From: an uncultured bacterium | Lineage (GTDB): Bacteria > Fidelibacterota > Marinisomatia > SCGC-AAA003-L08 > JACNLC01 | DNA length: 51,533 bases | Direction of reading: 5' to 3' | Assembly: GCA_964607375.1 (NCBI GenBank) | Contig: CAZSJY010000004.1 | Span: forward strand, 1-51,533 | Shown here: positions 1 to 9,709 of the stretch, one piece after another | How the letters are laid out: every line of letters starts with the position of its first letter | How positions within the stretch are numbered: position 1 is the stretch's first letter | Notes under the pieces: generated by a model | What the model saw: the letters and a program-made list of their open reading frames with translations, nothing else | Database searches by the model: none | Told to the model about the DNA's origin: nothing | Position numbers and translations under genes: made by a program

Positions 1-20
1 AGACCAAAAACTTTGTTCAT
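1..20 (-). CDS. 5' start of a gene running off the left edge (MNKVFG...)
   Basis: ATG at 20 on the minus strand, preceded by GGAG (ATGGAGAACTAAATATG) and directly after the stop of the 23-208 ORF; only 6 codons visible. Confidence 0.4.
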
Positions 21-22
21 AT

Positions 23-208
23 TTAGTTCTCCATTTCATTAGAATTTATGATTGAGAATATCTCCTCATCAGTTAGATTTGGAAATTGTTGTATGTATTT
101 GTTGTAAAGTAAGAACTCTGAAACAGTAAGGAAACCCTCATCAAATAGTGTTAGATAATCGTAGTAGTCAGAGAAGTTCTCGTCGGTGAAGTTTGATGAG
201 GAAACCAT
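23..208 (-). CDS. small acidic hypothetical protein (61 aa, MVSSSNFTDENF...), no alanine; part of a putative mobile element
   Basis: ATG at 208, stop at 23-25 followed 2 nt later by the next ATG; its 5' end is repeated at 51160-51198. Confidence 0.45.
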   Translation of the reverse strand: MVSSSNFTDENFSDYYDYLTLFDEGFLTVSEFLLYNKYIQQFPNLTDEEIFSIINSNEMEN

Positions 209-338
209 CAGAAAATAATTGTTGTAAATTTGTTGTAAATCCGAGATATATCGACGGGAAAACTGTGTTTTGTTGTAAAAATGTTGTGATTTATAAAAAA
301 ATAACTCCAATGATAAGTTACTGTTATCATTGGAGTTA
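170..338. repeat. tRNA-3'-associated repeat, copy 1, with tandem TTGTTGTAAA motifs and terminal hairpin
   Basis: Manual alignment to 51160-51315 gives about 90% identity; motifs at 219-229, 230-240, 270-280, 281-290. Confidence 0.92.
295..338 (-). terminator. intrinsic terminator downstream of tRNA-Asn
   Basis: Perfect 15 bp stem TAACTCCAATGATAA/TTATCATTGGAGTTA (302-338) followed by a T run on the minus strand. Confidence 0.8.
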
Positions 339-341
339 CAG

Positions 342-415
342 CTCCGGTGGTAGGACTCGAACCTACGACACGTGGATTAACAGTCCACTGCTCTAACCGA
401 CTGAGCTACACCGGA
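342..415 (-). tRNA. tRNA-Asn(GTT), CCA not encoded
   Basis: Reverse complement TCCGGTG-TAGCTCAGTCGGTTAGAGC-A-GTGGA CTGTTAA TCCAC...GGTTCGAGTCC-TACCACCGGAG folds as a cloverleaf. Confidence 0.97.
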
Positions 416-553
416 AATATTATACCAATCAAAGCTTGATAATTTAGGGCATATTTAACATTTAGAGACAACTACTATTTTGAATAATTATTTATATTTT
501 TTGACAGCATGTAACTAACTTTGCATTATTTTTTTGTTTAAAATTTCTATTAT

Positions 554-964
554 TTGGAGTTGGATAAAATGTTAAAGAATGAAAAGAATATGATTATCTT
601 ATATGTTAAAGACCAACATATTAGTAAGTCCTTTTATCAAAGATTGTTAAACATATCTCCAATTTTAGATGTTCCGGGGATGACCGAGTTTAAATTATCA
701 GATGGTTTATTCTTAGGATTGATGCCTGAAGACGGTATTTATAGTATTTTAGGTGATAAAGTTCCTCATCCTAAAACAGGCAACGGAATCCCAAGATGTG
801 AATTGTATTTATTCATAGATGATATTAGTCAATCATATTCAAATTTAGTTGATTATGGAGGTAATCAAATTTCACCGGGAGAAGTAAGACCTTGGGGAGA
901 CATAGTAGCATATGGTTCAGATCCTGACGGTCATATTATAGCTCTAGCTAAAACAAATAGATAA
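554..964 (+). CDS. VOC/glyoxalase-bleomycin resistance family protein (start may be ATG 569)
   Basis: IILYVKD..S..FY and RPWG...AY..DPDGH motifs. Confidence 0.85.
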   Translation: MELDKMLKNEKNMIILYVKDQHISKSFYQRLLNISPILDVPGMTEFKLSDGLFLGLMPEDGIYSILGDKVPHPKTGNGIPRCELYLFIDDISQSYSNLVDYGGNQISPGEVRPWGDIVAYGSDPDGHIIALAKTNR

Positions 965-965
965 G

Positions 966-3059
966 ATGCTTCGAAATAAAGTACTAGTCATATTTATTTT
1001 CATAATATTCAGCTGTGGGAAACAGGAGTCTTTACCGCAAATTCAGAATTATTCTGATATAGCACTTCAATTTAATAAAGTACTTTCTTTACCTACCTTA
1101 AATGTAACAACCAATGAGCTTATATCAGAAACAAATTATGCTATCCATTATACAGATAGTATTTTAGACAAATTGATTTCAATCGATGATAACCAAATTA
1201 ATTTCGAGTCTGTAATTGTAGCTATAGAAAATATTTACTATCCAACTTCTATGCTATCAAATAAACTGGAATTGATTGCAAATACTAGTCCAAATGAACA
1301 TCTTAGAGCTATTTCAGAAAGGTTATCTGAAGAGTTAAGTGAATGGAGTATCAAATCAAGTTACCGAGAAGATATTTATGAAGTTATCAAGAAATTAGAA
1401 AAACTAAATCCTGTGTTGAACGGAGAAGATGAAAAATTATTTAATGATTATCTGATTGGTTACAAACGAAGTGGTTTTGATTTACCAAGTGAAGTTCGTG
1501 AAAATATCATTTCTCTCAGTCTGGAACTATCACAACTTTCAGCAGAATTTTACACAAATATAAGGGAGTTTGATGCTTCCATTTGTTTTTCACAAGCTGA
1601 ATTATCGGATATCCCAAAAGATTTATTATCACAACTTTCAGTTGATTCAAGTGGGAATTACATTATTGATCCCACTATATATTTTCAAACGAATCTGATT
1701 TTGAAAAATTCTTCAGATGAACAAATTAGAAAAAAAGTTTGCATTGCATCAAACTCAGTGGCTAAAAATACGAACATTGCATTGCTTGATTCAATAATAA
1801 GAAAACGCTCGCACTTAGCACATTTACTCAATTATTCATCTTGGGCAGATTATTCAATTGAACCAAAAATGGCTAAAACTCCGAAAGTTGTCCGTTCATT
1901 ATTGGAAGATTTGTCTTCAAAGTTAGGTCCAAAATTTACAAAAGATATTGAAGTTTTAAGACAGATGAAAATCTCAGAAACAGGAGATGGAAGTACTCAA
2001 ATGAACTACTGGGATGTAAATTATTATGAAAATAAACGAATTAATCAAACATTCAATTTTAACCCGGAGTTATTACGAGAATATTTTTCTTATGATAGAG
2101 TATTGTCAGGTATGTTTAGTATTTTTGAAGAAATATTTGGAATTACAATCACTAAAATCCAACCACCATTCAAGTGGGTAGAGAGCATTGAGTTATTTAT
2201 TATAACAGATAAGGAAAATGAAAATCCACTAGGATTATTTTACACAGATATGTTTCCTAGAAAAGGTAAATACAATCATTTTGCACAATTTGATTTAATT
2301 TCTGGGAGAAAACTATCAGATGGGAAATTTCAATGTCCGGTTGCAGCATTGGTTTGCAATTTTCCACCACCCAGCCAAGATACACCATCATTACTTTATC
2401 TTGAAGATGTAATTACATTGTTCCACGAATTTGGTCATATACTACATTTCATTTTCTCAAAAGCTGATTATCCATCCAATTCAGGGACAAATGTACCGGA
2501 TGATTTTGTAGAAGCACCTTCTCAATTATTAGAGAATTGGGTTTATCAAAAACAAATTCTCGATAGATTTGCAAAGCACTACAAAGATACTTCCAAAACG
2601 ATTCCTCTAAATGTTATTAGTAATCTCTCAAAACTTCAAAATCTAACGGTTAGCACGAGTTACAGAAGCCAAATTTCATACGCACTAATAGATATTATAT
2701 TACATTCTATAACTTTCAGTAATGGGTTTCAAGATATTAATGAAATTGCAAACAACATTATATCAAAATATTACCTTCCATTGCCTACTGGGTGTGCATT
2801 TATTGCAAGCTTTGACCACCTAATTGATTATGATGCTGGTTACTATGGATATATCTGGTCGGAAGTTATTTCTGATGACATGGCATCAATATTTCAAAAT
2901 TCTCCAAATGGATTTCTTGATAGAAAAACAGGCATAAAACTTAGAAAAGAAATTTACGAGGTAGGAGATTCACGAGATATCAATAAATCTATAGAAAATT
3001 TTTTGGGAAGAAAGTGGAACTCTAAATCGTTTACAAAAGAACTTAATCTTTCAGACTAA
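966..3059 (+). CDS. M3A (thimet oligopeptidase-like) zinc peptidase with predicted lipoprotein signal
   Basis: FHEFGH zinc motif, DFVEAPSQ, YDAGYYGYIWSE; N-terminal hydrophobic stretch ending IFSC. Confidence 0.9.
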   Translation: MLRNKVLVIFIFIIFSCGKQESLPQIQNYSDIALQFNKVLSLPTLNVTTNELISETNYAIHYTDSILDKLISIDDNQINFESVIVAIENIYYPTSMLSNKLELIANTSPNEHLRAISERLSEELSEWSIKSSYREDIYEVIKKLEKLNPVLNGEDEKLFNDYLIGYKRSGFDLPSEVRENIISLSLELSQLSAEFYTNIREFDASICFSQAELSDIPKDLLSQLSVDSSGNYIIDPTIYFQTNLILKNSSDEQIRKKVCIASNSVAKNTNIALLDSIIRKRSHLAHLLNYSSWADYSIEPKMAKTPKVVRSLLEDLSSKLGPKFTKDIEVLRQMKISETGDGSTQMNYWDVNYYENKRINQTFNFNPELLREYFSYDRVLSGMFSIFEEIFGITITKIQPPFKWVESIELFIITDKENENPLGLFYTDMFPRKGKYNHFAQFDLISGRKLSDGKFQCPVAALVCNFPPPSQDTPSLLYLEDVITLFHEFGHILHFIFSKADYPSNSGTNVPDDFVEAPSQLLENWVYQKQILDRFAKHYKDTSKTIPLNVISNLSKLQNLTVSTSYRSQISYALIDIILHSITFSNGFQDINEIANNIISKYYLPLPTGCAFIASFDHLIDYDAGYYGYIWSEVISDDMASIFQNSPNGFLDRKTGIKLRKEIYEVGDSRDINKSIENFLGRKWNSKSFTKELNLSD

Positions 3060-3577
3060 GAAATAATCATCTTTACAATTTCTTTTTGGAATTTATCAAC
3101 ATCTTTTTTATTATTCAAAATAATAGATGTGGTTTTCTCTCTATTTCTCTTAATTTGCTTAATTATCAAAGGTTTAATTTGTTTTGGATAATTCCATATC
3201 CATACTAAAAATCCCCAGTCAATCTTTTCATTACAATGTTCACCCATATCAGGACGGGTTTGATTTCGATATTTGAAATATCGTTTAACAACTCGCCACA
3301 AACAAATAGCCCTAGGTAAATCAATAAAAACAATAGTATCTGCAAATTTTATTCGTTTTTCAAGTGAATCTGGCCAGTTGCCGTCCATCACCCAGTTATC
3401 CTTCTCTAACAATTCTGATAATTTTATTTGCCATTCTTCCTTTGGTGTTTCTGTCCAACCAGGATTCCAAAAATATGAATCTAAATGGATAACTTCTATA
3501 TCAAGCATTTCTCCCAACCATTTTGCCATTGTAGATTTTCCTGACCCTGCGGAACCTAAAATCAACACTCTTTTCAT
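3056..3577 (-). CDS. FlaR-like DNA topology modulation protein / P-loop kinase
   Basis: GSAGSGKST, IHLD..FW.PGW, WVMDGN. Confidence 0.85.
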   Translation of the reverse strand: MKRVLILGSAGSGKSTMAKWLGEMLDIEVIHLDSYFWNPGWTETPKEEWQIKLSELLEKDNWVMDGNWPDSLEKRIKFADTIVFIDLPRAICLWRVVKRYFKYRNQTRPDMGEHCNEKIDWGFLVWIWNYPKQIKPLIIKQIKRNREKTTSIILNNKKDVDKFQKEIVKMIIS

Positions 3578-3578
3578 A

Positions 3579-4160
3579 CTATTTTCTCAACCATTTATTT
3601 AACATACTATTTAGATGTGTTTGTGATAAATCTGAATTAGGATAGTTTCCATTTTGTAATCGTTGTCTTAGAATTTCATATAGAATAACAGCAGTTGCTA
3701 CTGAAACATTTAAACTCTCAACCATTCCAAACATTGGGATGAAAACATTTTGATCTGATATTTCCAATGCTTCATTAGAAACACCACTATGCTCATTTCC
3801 CATAATAATTGTTGAAGGTTTCGTCCAATCAATATCATAAATAGATATCGCTTTAGTATTCAAATGAGTTGCATAAATAGTTTGATTTTCAGTTTTTAGT
3901 TGTTTCTTAAGGTCATCGTAGTTTGATACTTTATTGGTTTTTACCCATTTACGAGCTGATGCGGAAGATTTTGCACCCATTCTTGGATATTCATTGTTGG
4001 TATAAAGTAAATGGATTTCAGGAATTCCAACTGAATCACAGGTTCTGAGCATTGCACTAACATTGTGTGGATCGTTTATATTTTCGCACACAATTTTTAC
4101 ATCCAATTGGCGATGTTCCAATACAGAAGTTAATTTTTGTTTTCTTCTTTCTGTCCTCAC
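3579..4160 (-). CDS. trmH: tRNA (guanosine-18-2'-O)-methyltransferase, SpoU family
   Basis: DPHNVSAMLRTCD, GNEHSG, IPMFGMVESLNVSVA, YEILRQR. Confidence 0.88.
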   Translation of the reverse strand: MRTERRKQKLTSVLEHRQLDVKIVCENINDPHNVSAMLRTCDSVGIPEIHLLYTNNEYPRMGAKSSASARKWVKTNKVSNYDDLKKQLKTENQTIYATHLNTKAISIYDIDWTKPSTIIMGNEHSGVSNEALEISDQNVFIPMFGMVESLNVSVATAVILYEILRQRLQNGNYPNSDLSQTHLNSMLNKWLRK

Positions 4161-4299
4161 AATAGAATCAAGTAATGTGTGGAATTAATCCTTACCTTAC
4201 CTGTAAATTTAAATAATTCGTAAATATTCTAACTGCAATTTTTTAAAAAAACAATGGTTTAACTTGGGAGATTATCCATCATACCCATAAATTTACTCT

Positions 4300-5712
4300 G
4301 TGAAATTACTTTCTAGATACATATTAAGAGAGCATACTCTACCGTTTTCTTTTGCTTTGGTTGTATTGACTTTTGTTCTTTTGACCAATTTTTTGTTAAG
4401 AACAATAGATAGATTCTTAGGAAAAGGGCTTTCCATTTCCGTTTTGTTGGAGTATATGTTTTTGAATCTAGCGTGGATTTTAGCGTTAGCTGTTCCTATG
4501 GCGGTTTTGATTGCAACACTTATGGCTTTTGGTAGAATGTCATCTGATAACGAAATTTCTGCTATTAGAACATCAGGAATTCATTACAACTCTATACTAT
4601 TACCCTCCCTTATCTTCGGAATTTTAATTTGTTTAGGTATGATTTTGTTTAACAATTTGATTTTACCAGAACTTAATCACAAAGCTAGATTACTGTCTGC
4701 AGATATCAGTAGAAAAAGACCCGATTTGGAATTTGATGTTGGATATTTTATTGAATCACTTCCAGAGCATAGTATTCTAATTGGTAGCCGTGATGAGAGT
4801 GTTTTTAGAGATATTACGATTTTCAGTAAAGGAAAAAATGTTTCTCAAAGAACGATAACTGCTAATTCAGGTACAATTGAAACAATTTATGGTGGTGTAG
4901 TTTTGCATTTATCTGATGGAATTATACACGAACTTGGACAAAATTCTGAAGAATACAGGCAAATTTATTTTCAGGATTATCAAGTCGTTGTCCCTATTGA
5001 TAATTTAATTCTAACCCGAAAAGACAGTAAAATCAGAGGTGATAGAGAAATGACATTTACAATGATCAACAACAAAATTAGTGGTTATTATCAAAAAATA
5101 AATGAAACAAAAGATAGGATCATCTCAAGAGTTAAAAAAGAAGATTTGATTGAAGATAATTTGTTCCCTGATTCATTAATTAACTTCTCGAGTGTTGCTG
5201 TGCAAAATGATATTAAATCAACACTTGATTCATTACAAATATCTCTATTGAGTTTAGAGAAAGAGAAAAATAACAAGAAAATATCATATATTAAACGCAG
5301 ATTTAAAAACCTAATCCGGGGAGTCACAAGTGACTTTAAATTGATCGGTGCTTACGAAAAGTCCATTAACAAATATTCAGTTGAGTTGCATAAAAAATTC
5401 TCTATTCCATTTGCAAGCATCATTTTCATTTTGATTGGAGCTCCTCTTGGGATTATGGCAAGGAAAGGCGGATTCGCGATAAGCATGGCACTTAGTTTGG
5501 GTTTTTTTATAGTTTACTGGGCTTTTTTAATCTCAGGTGAAGAATTAGCTGATAGAGGATATTTCTCTCCAATAATGTCGATGTGGATGCCAAATATAAT
5601 TTTGGGATTAGTTGGAATGTACCTTTGCTATTTCACTTCTAAAGAGCAACATTTCCTAAAACTGGAGTTACTGAGTTTGTTCAAATTCCGCAAAAATGGA
5701 AAGAAAAATTGA
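4300..5712 (+). CDS. lptF: LPS export permease LptF/LptG family
   Basis: LAVPMAVLIATLMAFGRMSSDNEI.A, ELHKKFSIPFA..IGAPLG; 3+3 TM layout with enlarged periplasmic region. Confidence 0.85.
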   Translation: MKLLSRYILREHTLPFSFALVVLTFVLLTNFLLRTIDRFLGKGLSISVLLEYMFLNLAWILALAVPMAVLIATLMAFGRMSSDNEISAIRTSGIHYNSILLPSLIFGILICLGMILFNNLILPELNHKARLLSADISRKRPDLEFDVGYFIESLPEHSILIGSRDESVFRDITIFSKGKNVSQRTITANSGTIETIYGGVVLHLSDGIIHELGQNSEEYRQIYFQDYQVVVPIDNLILTRKDSKIRGDREMTFTMINNKISGYYQKINETKDRIISRVKKEDLIEDNLFPDSLINFSSVAVQNDIKSTLDSLQISLLSLEKEKNNKKISYIKRRFKNLIRGVTSDFKLIGAYEKSINKYSVELHKKFSIPFASIIFILIGAPLGIMARKGGFAISMALSLGFFIVYWAFLISGEELADRGYFSPIMSMWMPNIILGLVGMYLCYFTSKEQHFLKLELLSLFKFRKNGKKN

Positions 5713-6215
5713 TTTCACAATTTCAAAATAAATCACCTGTGATTCCAAACTCCTGCTATATTTCTCAAACGGTAGATATAATCGGTGATGTTACTCTAGG
5801 AGAAGATGTAAATATTTGGTTTGGAACTGTAATTCGTGGAGATATGAATTATATAAAAATTGGACAACGAACAAATATCCAAGATAATTCTACAATTCAT
5901 GTAACCACACAAACTGCACCAACGATCATAGGAGAAAATGTAACCATCGGCCACAACGCGATAATTCACGGGTGCAAAATTAATGATAATTGTCTAATTG
6001 GTATGGGTTCAATTATTATGGATAACGCACAAATCGGAGAGGGTTCAATTATTGGTGCAGGTTCAGTTATTACAGAAAATACAATAATTCCACCAATGTC
6101 ACTTTGTTTGGGGATTCCTGGGAAAATTATTAGAAAAGTAACCAAAAATGAATTTAACGAGATACTAGCAAGAGCAGAATATTATGTTCAATTTTCTAAA
6201 AAATATTTGGAATAA
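5709..6215 (+). CDS. gamma carbonic anhydrase family (YrdA/PaaY-like)
   Basis: Hexapeptide repeats, IRGD, NIQD, GHNAIIHGC. Confidence 0.92.
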   Translation: MISQFQNKSPVIPNSCYISQTVDIIGDVTLGEDVNIWFGTVIRGDMNYIKIGQRTNIQDNSTIHVTTQTAPTIIGENVTIGHNAIIHGCKINDNCLIGMGSIIMDNAQIGEGSIIGAGSVITENTIIPPMSLCLGIPGKIIRKVTKNEFNEILARAEYYVQFSKKYLE

Positions 6216-6223
6216 TAATTGAA

Positions 6224-7513
6224 ATGAGTATGTACACAATTGATGAACTAATAAAAAAGAAACAGAAGAGTTTACAACATTCTATATCTGAATTTGAATT
6301 TTTGATTAATGGATTCATCTCTAACAAAATTCCTGATTATCAAATGGCTTCTTGGCTGGCAACGGTATTTTTGAACGATATGTCATTTCAAGAAATTTCT
6401 GATTATACTTCTGTGATGATAAATTCTGGAAAAAAAATGGACTTTTCCGATTTACCAGGTCCAGTTGTAGACAAACATAGTACAGGTGGTGTGGGTGATA
6501 AGGTTTCTTTAATATTAGGACCAATTCTATCTGCTTGCGGACTTTATGTTCCAATGATTTCGGGTAGAGCTTTAGGGCATACCGGAGGTACACTAGATAA
6601 ACTTGAAACAATTCCTGGATACAAAACAGATTTATCTTTAGAGAAATATCGTAAAATAGTAAAGGAAATTGGATTTTCTCTAATTGGACAGACAGACGAT
6701 ATCTGTCCAGCTGATCGCAAAATTTATGCACTTCGAGATGTTACATCTACGGTTGCATCACTACCATTAATTTCTGGAAGTATAATGAGCAAGAAAATTA
6801 CAGAAGGAATTCAAGGTCTTGTTTTGGATGTTAAAACAGGAAATGGTGCATTTATGAAAACTCACGCAGATGCCAAAAAACTAGCAGAACTTTTGACAAA
6901 AATAGGACAAAATCACGGTTTAAGAGTTTCATCGTTGATTACAGATATGAACCAACCTCTCGGAAATTCGAGTGGATTATGGTGTGAAGTTCAGGAATCT
7001 ATAGACGCTCTTCAAGGCAATGGACCTAAAGATTTAATGGAAGTAGTTTATAGTTTATGCGAAGAAGCACTATCGTTGTTTGATCCATATTGCGATAACA
7101 GACAGAAAGTAGAAGAAGTAGTTTCAAATGGTAGTGCAATGGAGAAATTCTTAGAATTAGTTTCAGCTCATGGAGGTAATGTAGAACAAATGTTAAACAA
7201 CAAACTACATCAACCAAAATTTAATGAAACAATCGTTTCTCAACAAAAAGGTTATATCTCTGAAATGGATACATACAAACTTGGATTATCAATAATAGAA
7301 TTGGGTGGAGGACGCAAAAAACAAGACGATGTTTTAGATAACTCAGCCGGATTTACTTTCCACAAAAAGATTGGGGATTCAATTGAAAAGGAAGAACCAA
7401 TTGCAGAAGTATTCTGTTCTGACTCCAGCAAACTTGACCGAGGTAAAATTTCAATCCAACAAGCAATAAAAATATCGCAAATGCACCCGAAACCTATTAG
7501 GTTAATTTATTAG
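6224..7513 (+). CDS. pdp: pyrimidine-nucleoside/thymidine phosphorylase
   Basis: DKHSTGGVGDK, SGRALGHTGGTLDKLE, YALRDVT, SIMSKK. Confidence 0.93.
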   Translation: MSMYTIDELIKKKQKSLQHSISEFEFLINGFISNKIPDYQMASWLATVFLNDMSFQEISDYTSVMINSGKKMDFSDLPGPVVDKHSTGGVGDKVSLILGPILSACGLYVPMISGRALGHTGGTLDKLETIPGYKTDLSLEKYRKIVKEIGFSLIGQTDDICPADRKIYALRDVTSTVASLPLISGSIMSKKITEGIQGLVLDVKTGNGAFMKTHADAKKLAELLTKIGQNHGLRVSSLITDMNQPLGNSSGLWCEVQESIDALQGNGPKDLMEVVYSLCEEALSLFDPYCDNRQKVEEVVSNGSAMEKFLELVSAHGGNVEQMLNNKLHQPKFNETIVSQQKGYISEMDTYKLGLSIIELGGGRKKQDDVLDNSAGFTFHKKIGDSIEKEEPIAEVFCSDSSKLDRGKISIQQAIKISQMHPKPIRLIY

Positions 7514-7555
7514 TAGTTAATTTAAACAATTTGTATTTTTTCCGATTAGTTGATC

Positions 7556-9709
7556 TCATTCATCTCTAAATCTAGAAAATGGACTTTGGTGTTTGCTACA
7601 CAAACTTTTTGGTTGATTTTGTATAATAAATATTTCTGTCATTCGTGTATCACCAGGGCACCATCGGGTAGTTTTTTCATAAGTTTCTGTGCAAATTTCC
7701 AATTCAACAATTCCATCAGGTATTTCCCAATCTTCTTCGGGATATTCCTTAACTTCATAAATTTGATTTATAGCTTTTGCCCAAATAGGAAGTGCAGCTA
7801 CGGACCCAAATTGTTCGTTTCCTAATGAAATGGATGGATCATCAACACCTATCCAAACGCCCATCGCAATTTGTGGTGTATAACCTACAAACCAAGCATC
7901 AGTTTTGCTGTCTGTAGTCCCTGTTTTACCAGCTGCGGGTCTTTTAAATTTATACTTCCAGCGTAAAGCTCCACCAGTACCTGCATCAACTACTGACCTC
8001 ATCATATCCCGTAATAGATAAATAGTAGATTCGTCTTTAATTTCTCTAGATTCTGGAAAAAAATCTCGTTTACTTCTACCATAACGATCTTCTATTTTTG
8101 TTATAGCAAATGGTTTTGAGTAAATTCCATTACTGGCAAAAACAGAATATGCGGCTGTAATTTCTAGTGGATAAACCTCCGATACTCCTAATGCAATAGA
8201 TTCATAAGCACGGATGTTGGTTGTTAATCCAAACAATTTAGCATTTTCCTTGACTGCGTCAGGAGTAACCAATTCTTGTACGACTCTAACCGATACTAAA
8301 TTTAGAGATCTTCGTAAACCATCTCTAAGAGTAGTCAGCAAACCTGTTGAACCATCGTGATTTTGAGGATTCCAAAGAGTTGTATCATCAATAAACTTTA
8401 CTAAAGGTTGGTTTAACAACTGTGTAGTTGGCTTGTAACCATTCTCTAAAGCAGTTAGATAAATAAAAGGTTTGAAAACTGAACCAGGCTGTCGTTTCGC
8501 TTGAACTGAACGATTAAAATGATCAACATATTCATCTTCTTGTCTTCCACCAATCATCCCAAGTATATGGCCATTTTTTGGATTTATTACAACAGCAGCA
8601 CCTTGAACTAAAAACTGATTTCGTAAAATTCCCGGTATAGTGGTTCCTTCAGAAAGAATCTGTTTAATTGAGTCCATATCAAAACCAGATTGAGTTAGAG
8701 CATTTTCTAACCTTTCTTGATCCTCTAAAAATTCCGAGTTTAACACTTTCTGATTTTTTTCCATCCCGGACAAGAAGGCACCTTCAAGTGCCTTTTGGAT
8801 TTCCATATCTAAAGTTGTATGAATTACTAATCCGTCTTTATACAGATTAATTTTAAGGTCTTCATCAATTTTCTCAAGTTCTCTTCTAATATATTCGGAG
8901 AAATATGGTGCACGACCTGGATCTTCACCAGCAACTTTTTCGGATAAAGGACTGGAACTTATTTTGTTATATTCTGATTCACTTATATATTCTCTTTTTG
9001 TCATAACAGAAAGAACCAAATTCCTCCTCCAGTTAGCTTTTTCAGGATGATTGATTGGAGAATAATATGCTGGTGCAGGAAGTAAACCGATTAAAGTAGC
9101 ACATTCATTCAGATTCAAGTCATCAACATCCTTTCCAAAATAATATTTGGAAGCTGTCTGAACCCCATAAGTCCCATGTCCGAAATATACCGAATTGAGA
9201 TATAATTCCATTATTTCTGATTTGGTGTATGTTCTCTCGATTTGGATCGCAGTTAATAGTTCTTTTAATTTTCTGGTAACAGTTTTTTTGAAACCAATAG
9301 TGTCATACATGTTTCTAGCAAGCTGTTGCGTGATGGTACTTGCTCCCTGCTTGCGACTCATTGTTAAGATATCTATTACAACTGCTCTTAAAATTCCACG
9401 AATACTTACCCCAGGATGAGCATAAAACCTATGATCTTCCATAGAAATTAATGCATTAATTAAATCTCTTGGAATTCTACCAATTGGTACAACATCTCTT
9501 TTAAATGTGTAAAGTTCTTTGATTAGTTGGCCATCAGCAGACATAATTTTTGTAACAGTTTCCGGATTAAATGTACGAAGCTCATCAAGTGAAGGTAAAT
9601 CTTCAGATAGAATAATTAGATAAATAATTCCACCTAAAAACAATGTAAATAAACATAAAAAGGTGTTTATGAACACCTTTTTCCATGTTGATATTTTTTT
9701 AGTTTTCAC
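7556..9709 (-). CDS. mrcA: class A penicillin-binding protein 1A
   Basis: EDHRFYAH, GASTITQQL, RKLKE glycosyltransferase motifs; SVFK, SLN, KTGT transpeptidase motifs. Confidence 0.92.
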   Translation of the reverse strand: MKTKKISTWKKVFINTFLCLFTLFLGGIIYLIILSEDLPSLDELRTFNPETVTKIMSADGQLIKELYTFKRDVVPIGRIPRDLINALISMEDHRFYAHPGVSIRGILRAVVIDILTMSRKQGASTITQQLARNMYDTIGFKKTVTRKLKELLTAIQIERTYTKSEIMELYLNSVYFGHGTYGVQTASKYYFGKDVDDLNLNECATLIGLLPAPAYYSPINHPEKANWRRNLVLSVMTKREYISESEYNKISSSPLSEKVAGEDPGRAPYFSEYIRRELEKIDEDLKINLYKDGLVIHTTLDMEIQKALEGAFLSGMEKNQKVLNSEFLEDQERLENALTQSGFDMDSIKQILSEGTTIPGILRNQFLVQGAAVVINPKNGHILGMIGGRQEDEYVDHFNRSVQAKRQPGSVFKPFIYLTALENGYKPTTQLLNQPLVKFIDDTTLWNPQNHDGSTGLLTTLRDGLRRSLNLVSVRVVQELVTPDAVKENAKLFGLTTNIRAYESIALGVSEVYPLEITAAYSVFASNGIYSKPFAITKIEDRYGRSKRDFFPESREIKDESTIYLLRDMMRSVVDAGTGGALRWKYKFKRPAAGKTGTTDSKTDAWFVGYTPQIAMGVWIGVDDPSISLGNEQFGSVAALPIWAKAINQIYEVKEYPEEDWEIPDGIVELEICTETYEKTTRWCPGDTRMTEIFIIQNQPKSLCSKHQSPFSRFRDE

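Noticed and set aside
86-290. TTGTTGTAAA repeats as a CRISPR array
   Set aside because: Units are 10-11 bp, irregularly spaced, with no spacers or cas genes.
193-396. Similar ORFs 193-396 and 51183-51380
   Set aside because: They are translations of the repeat plus antisense tRNA; similarity is explained at DNA level.
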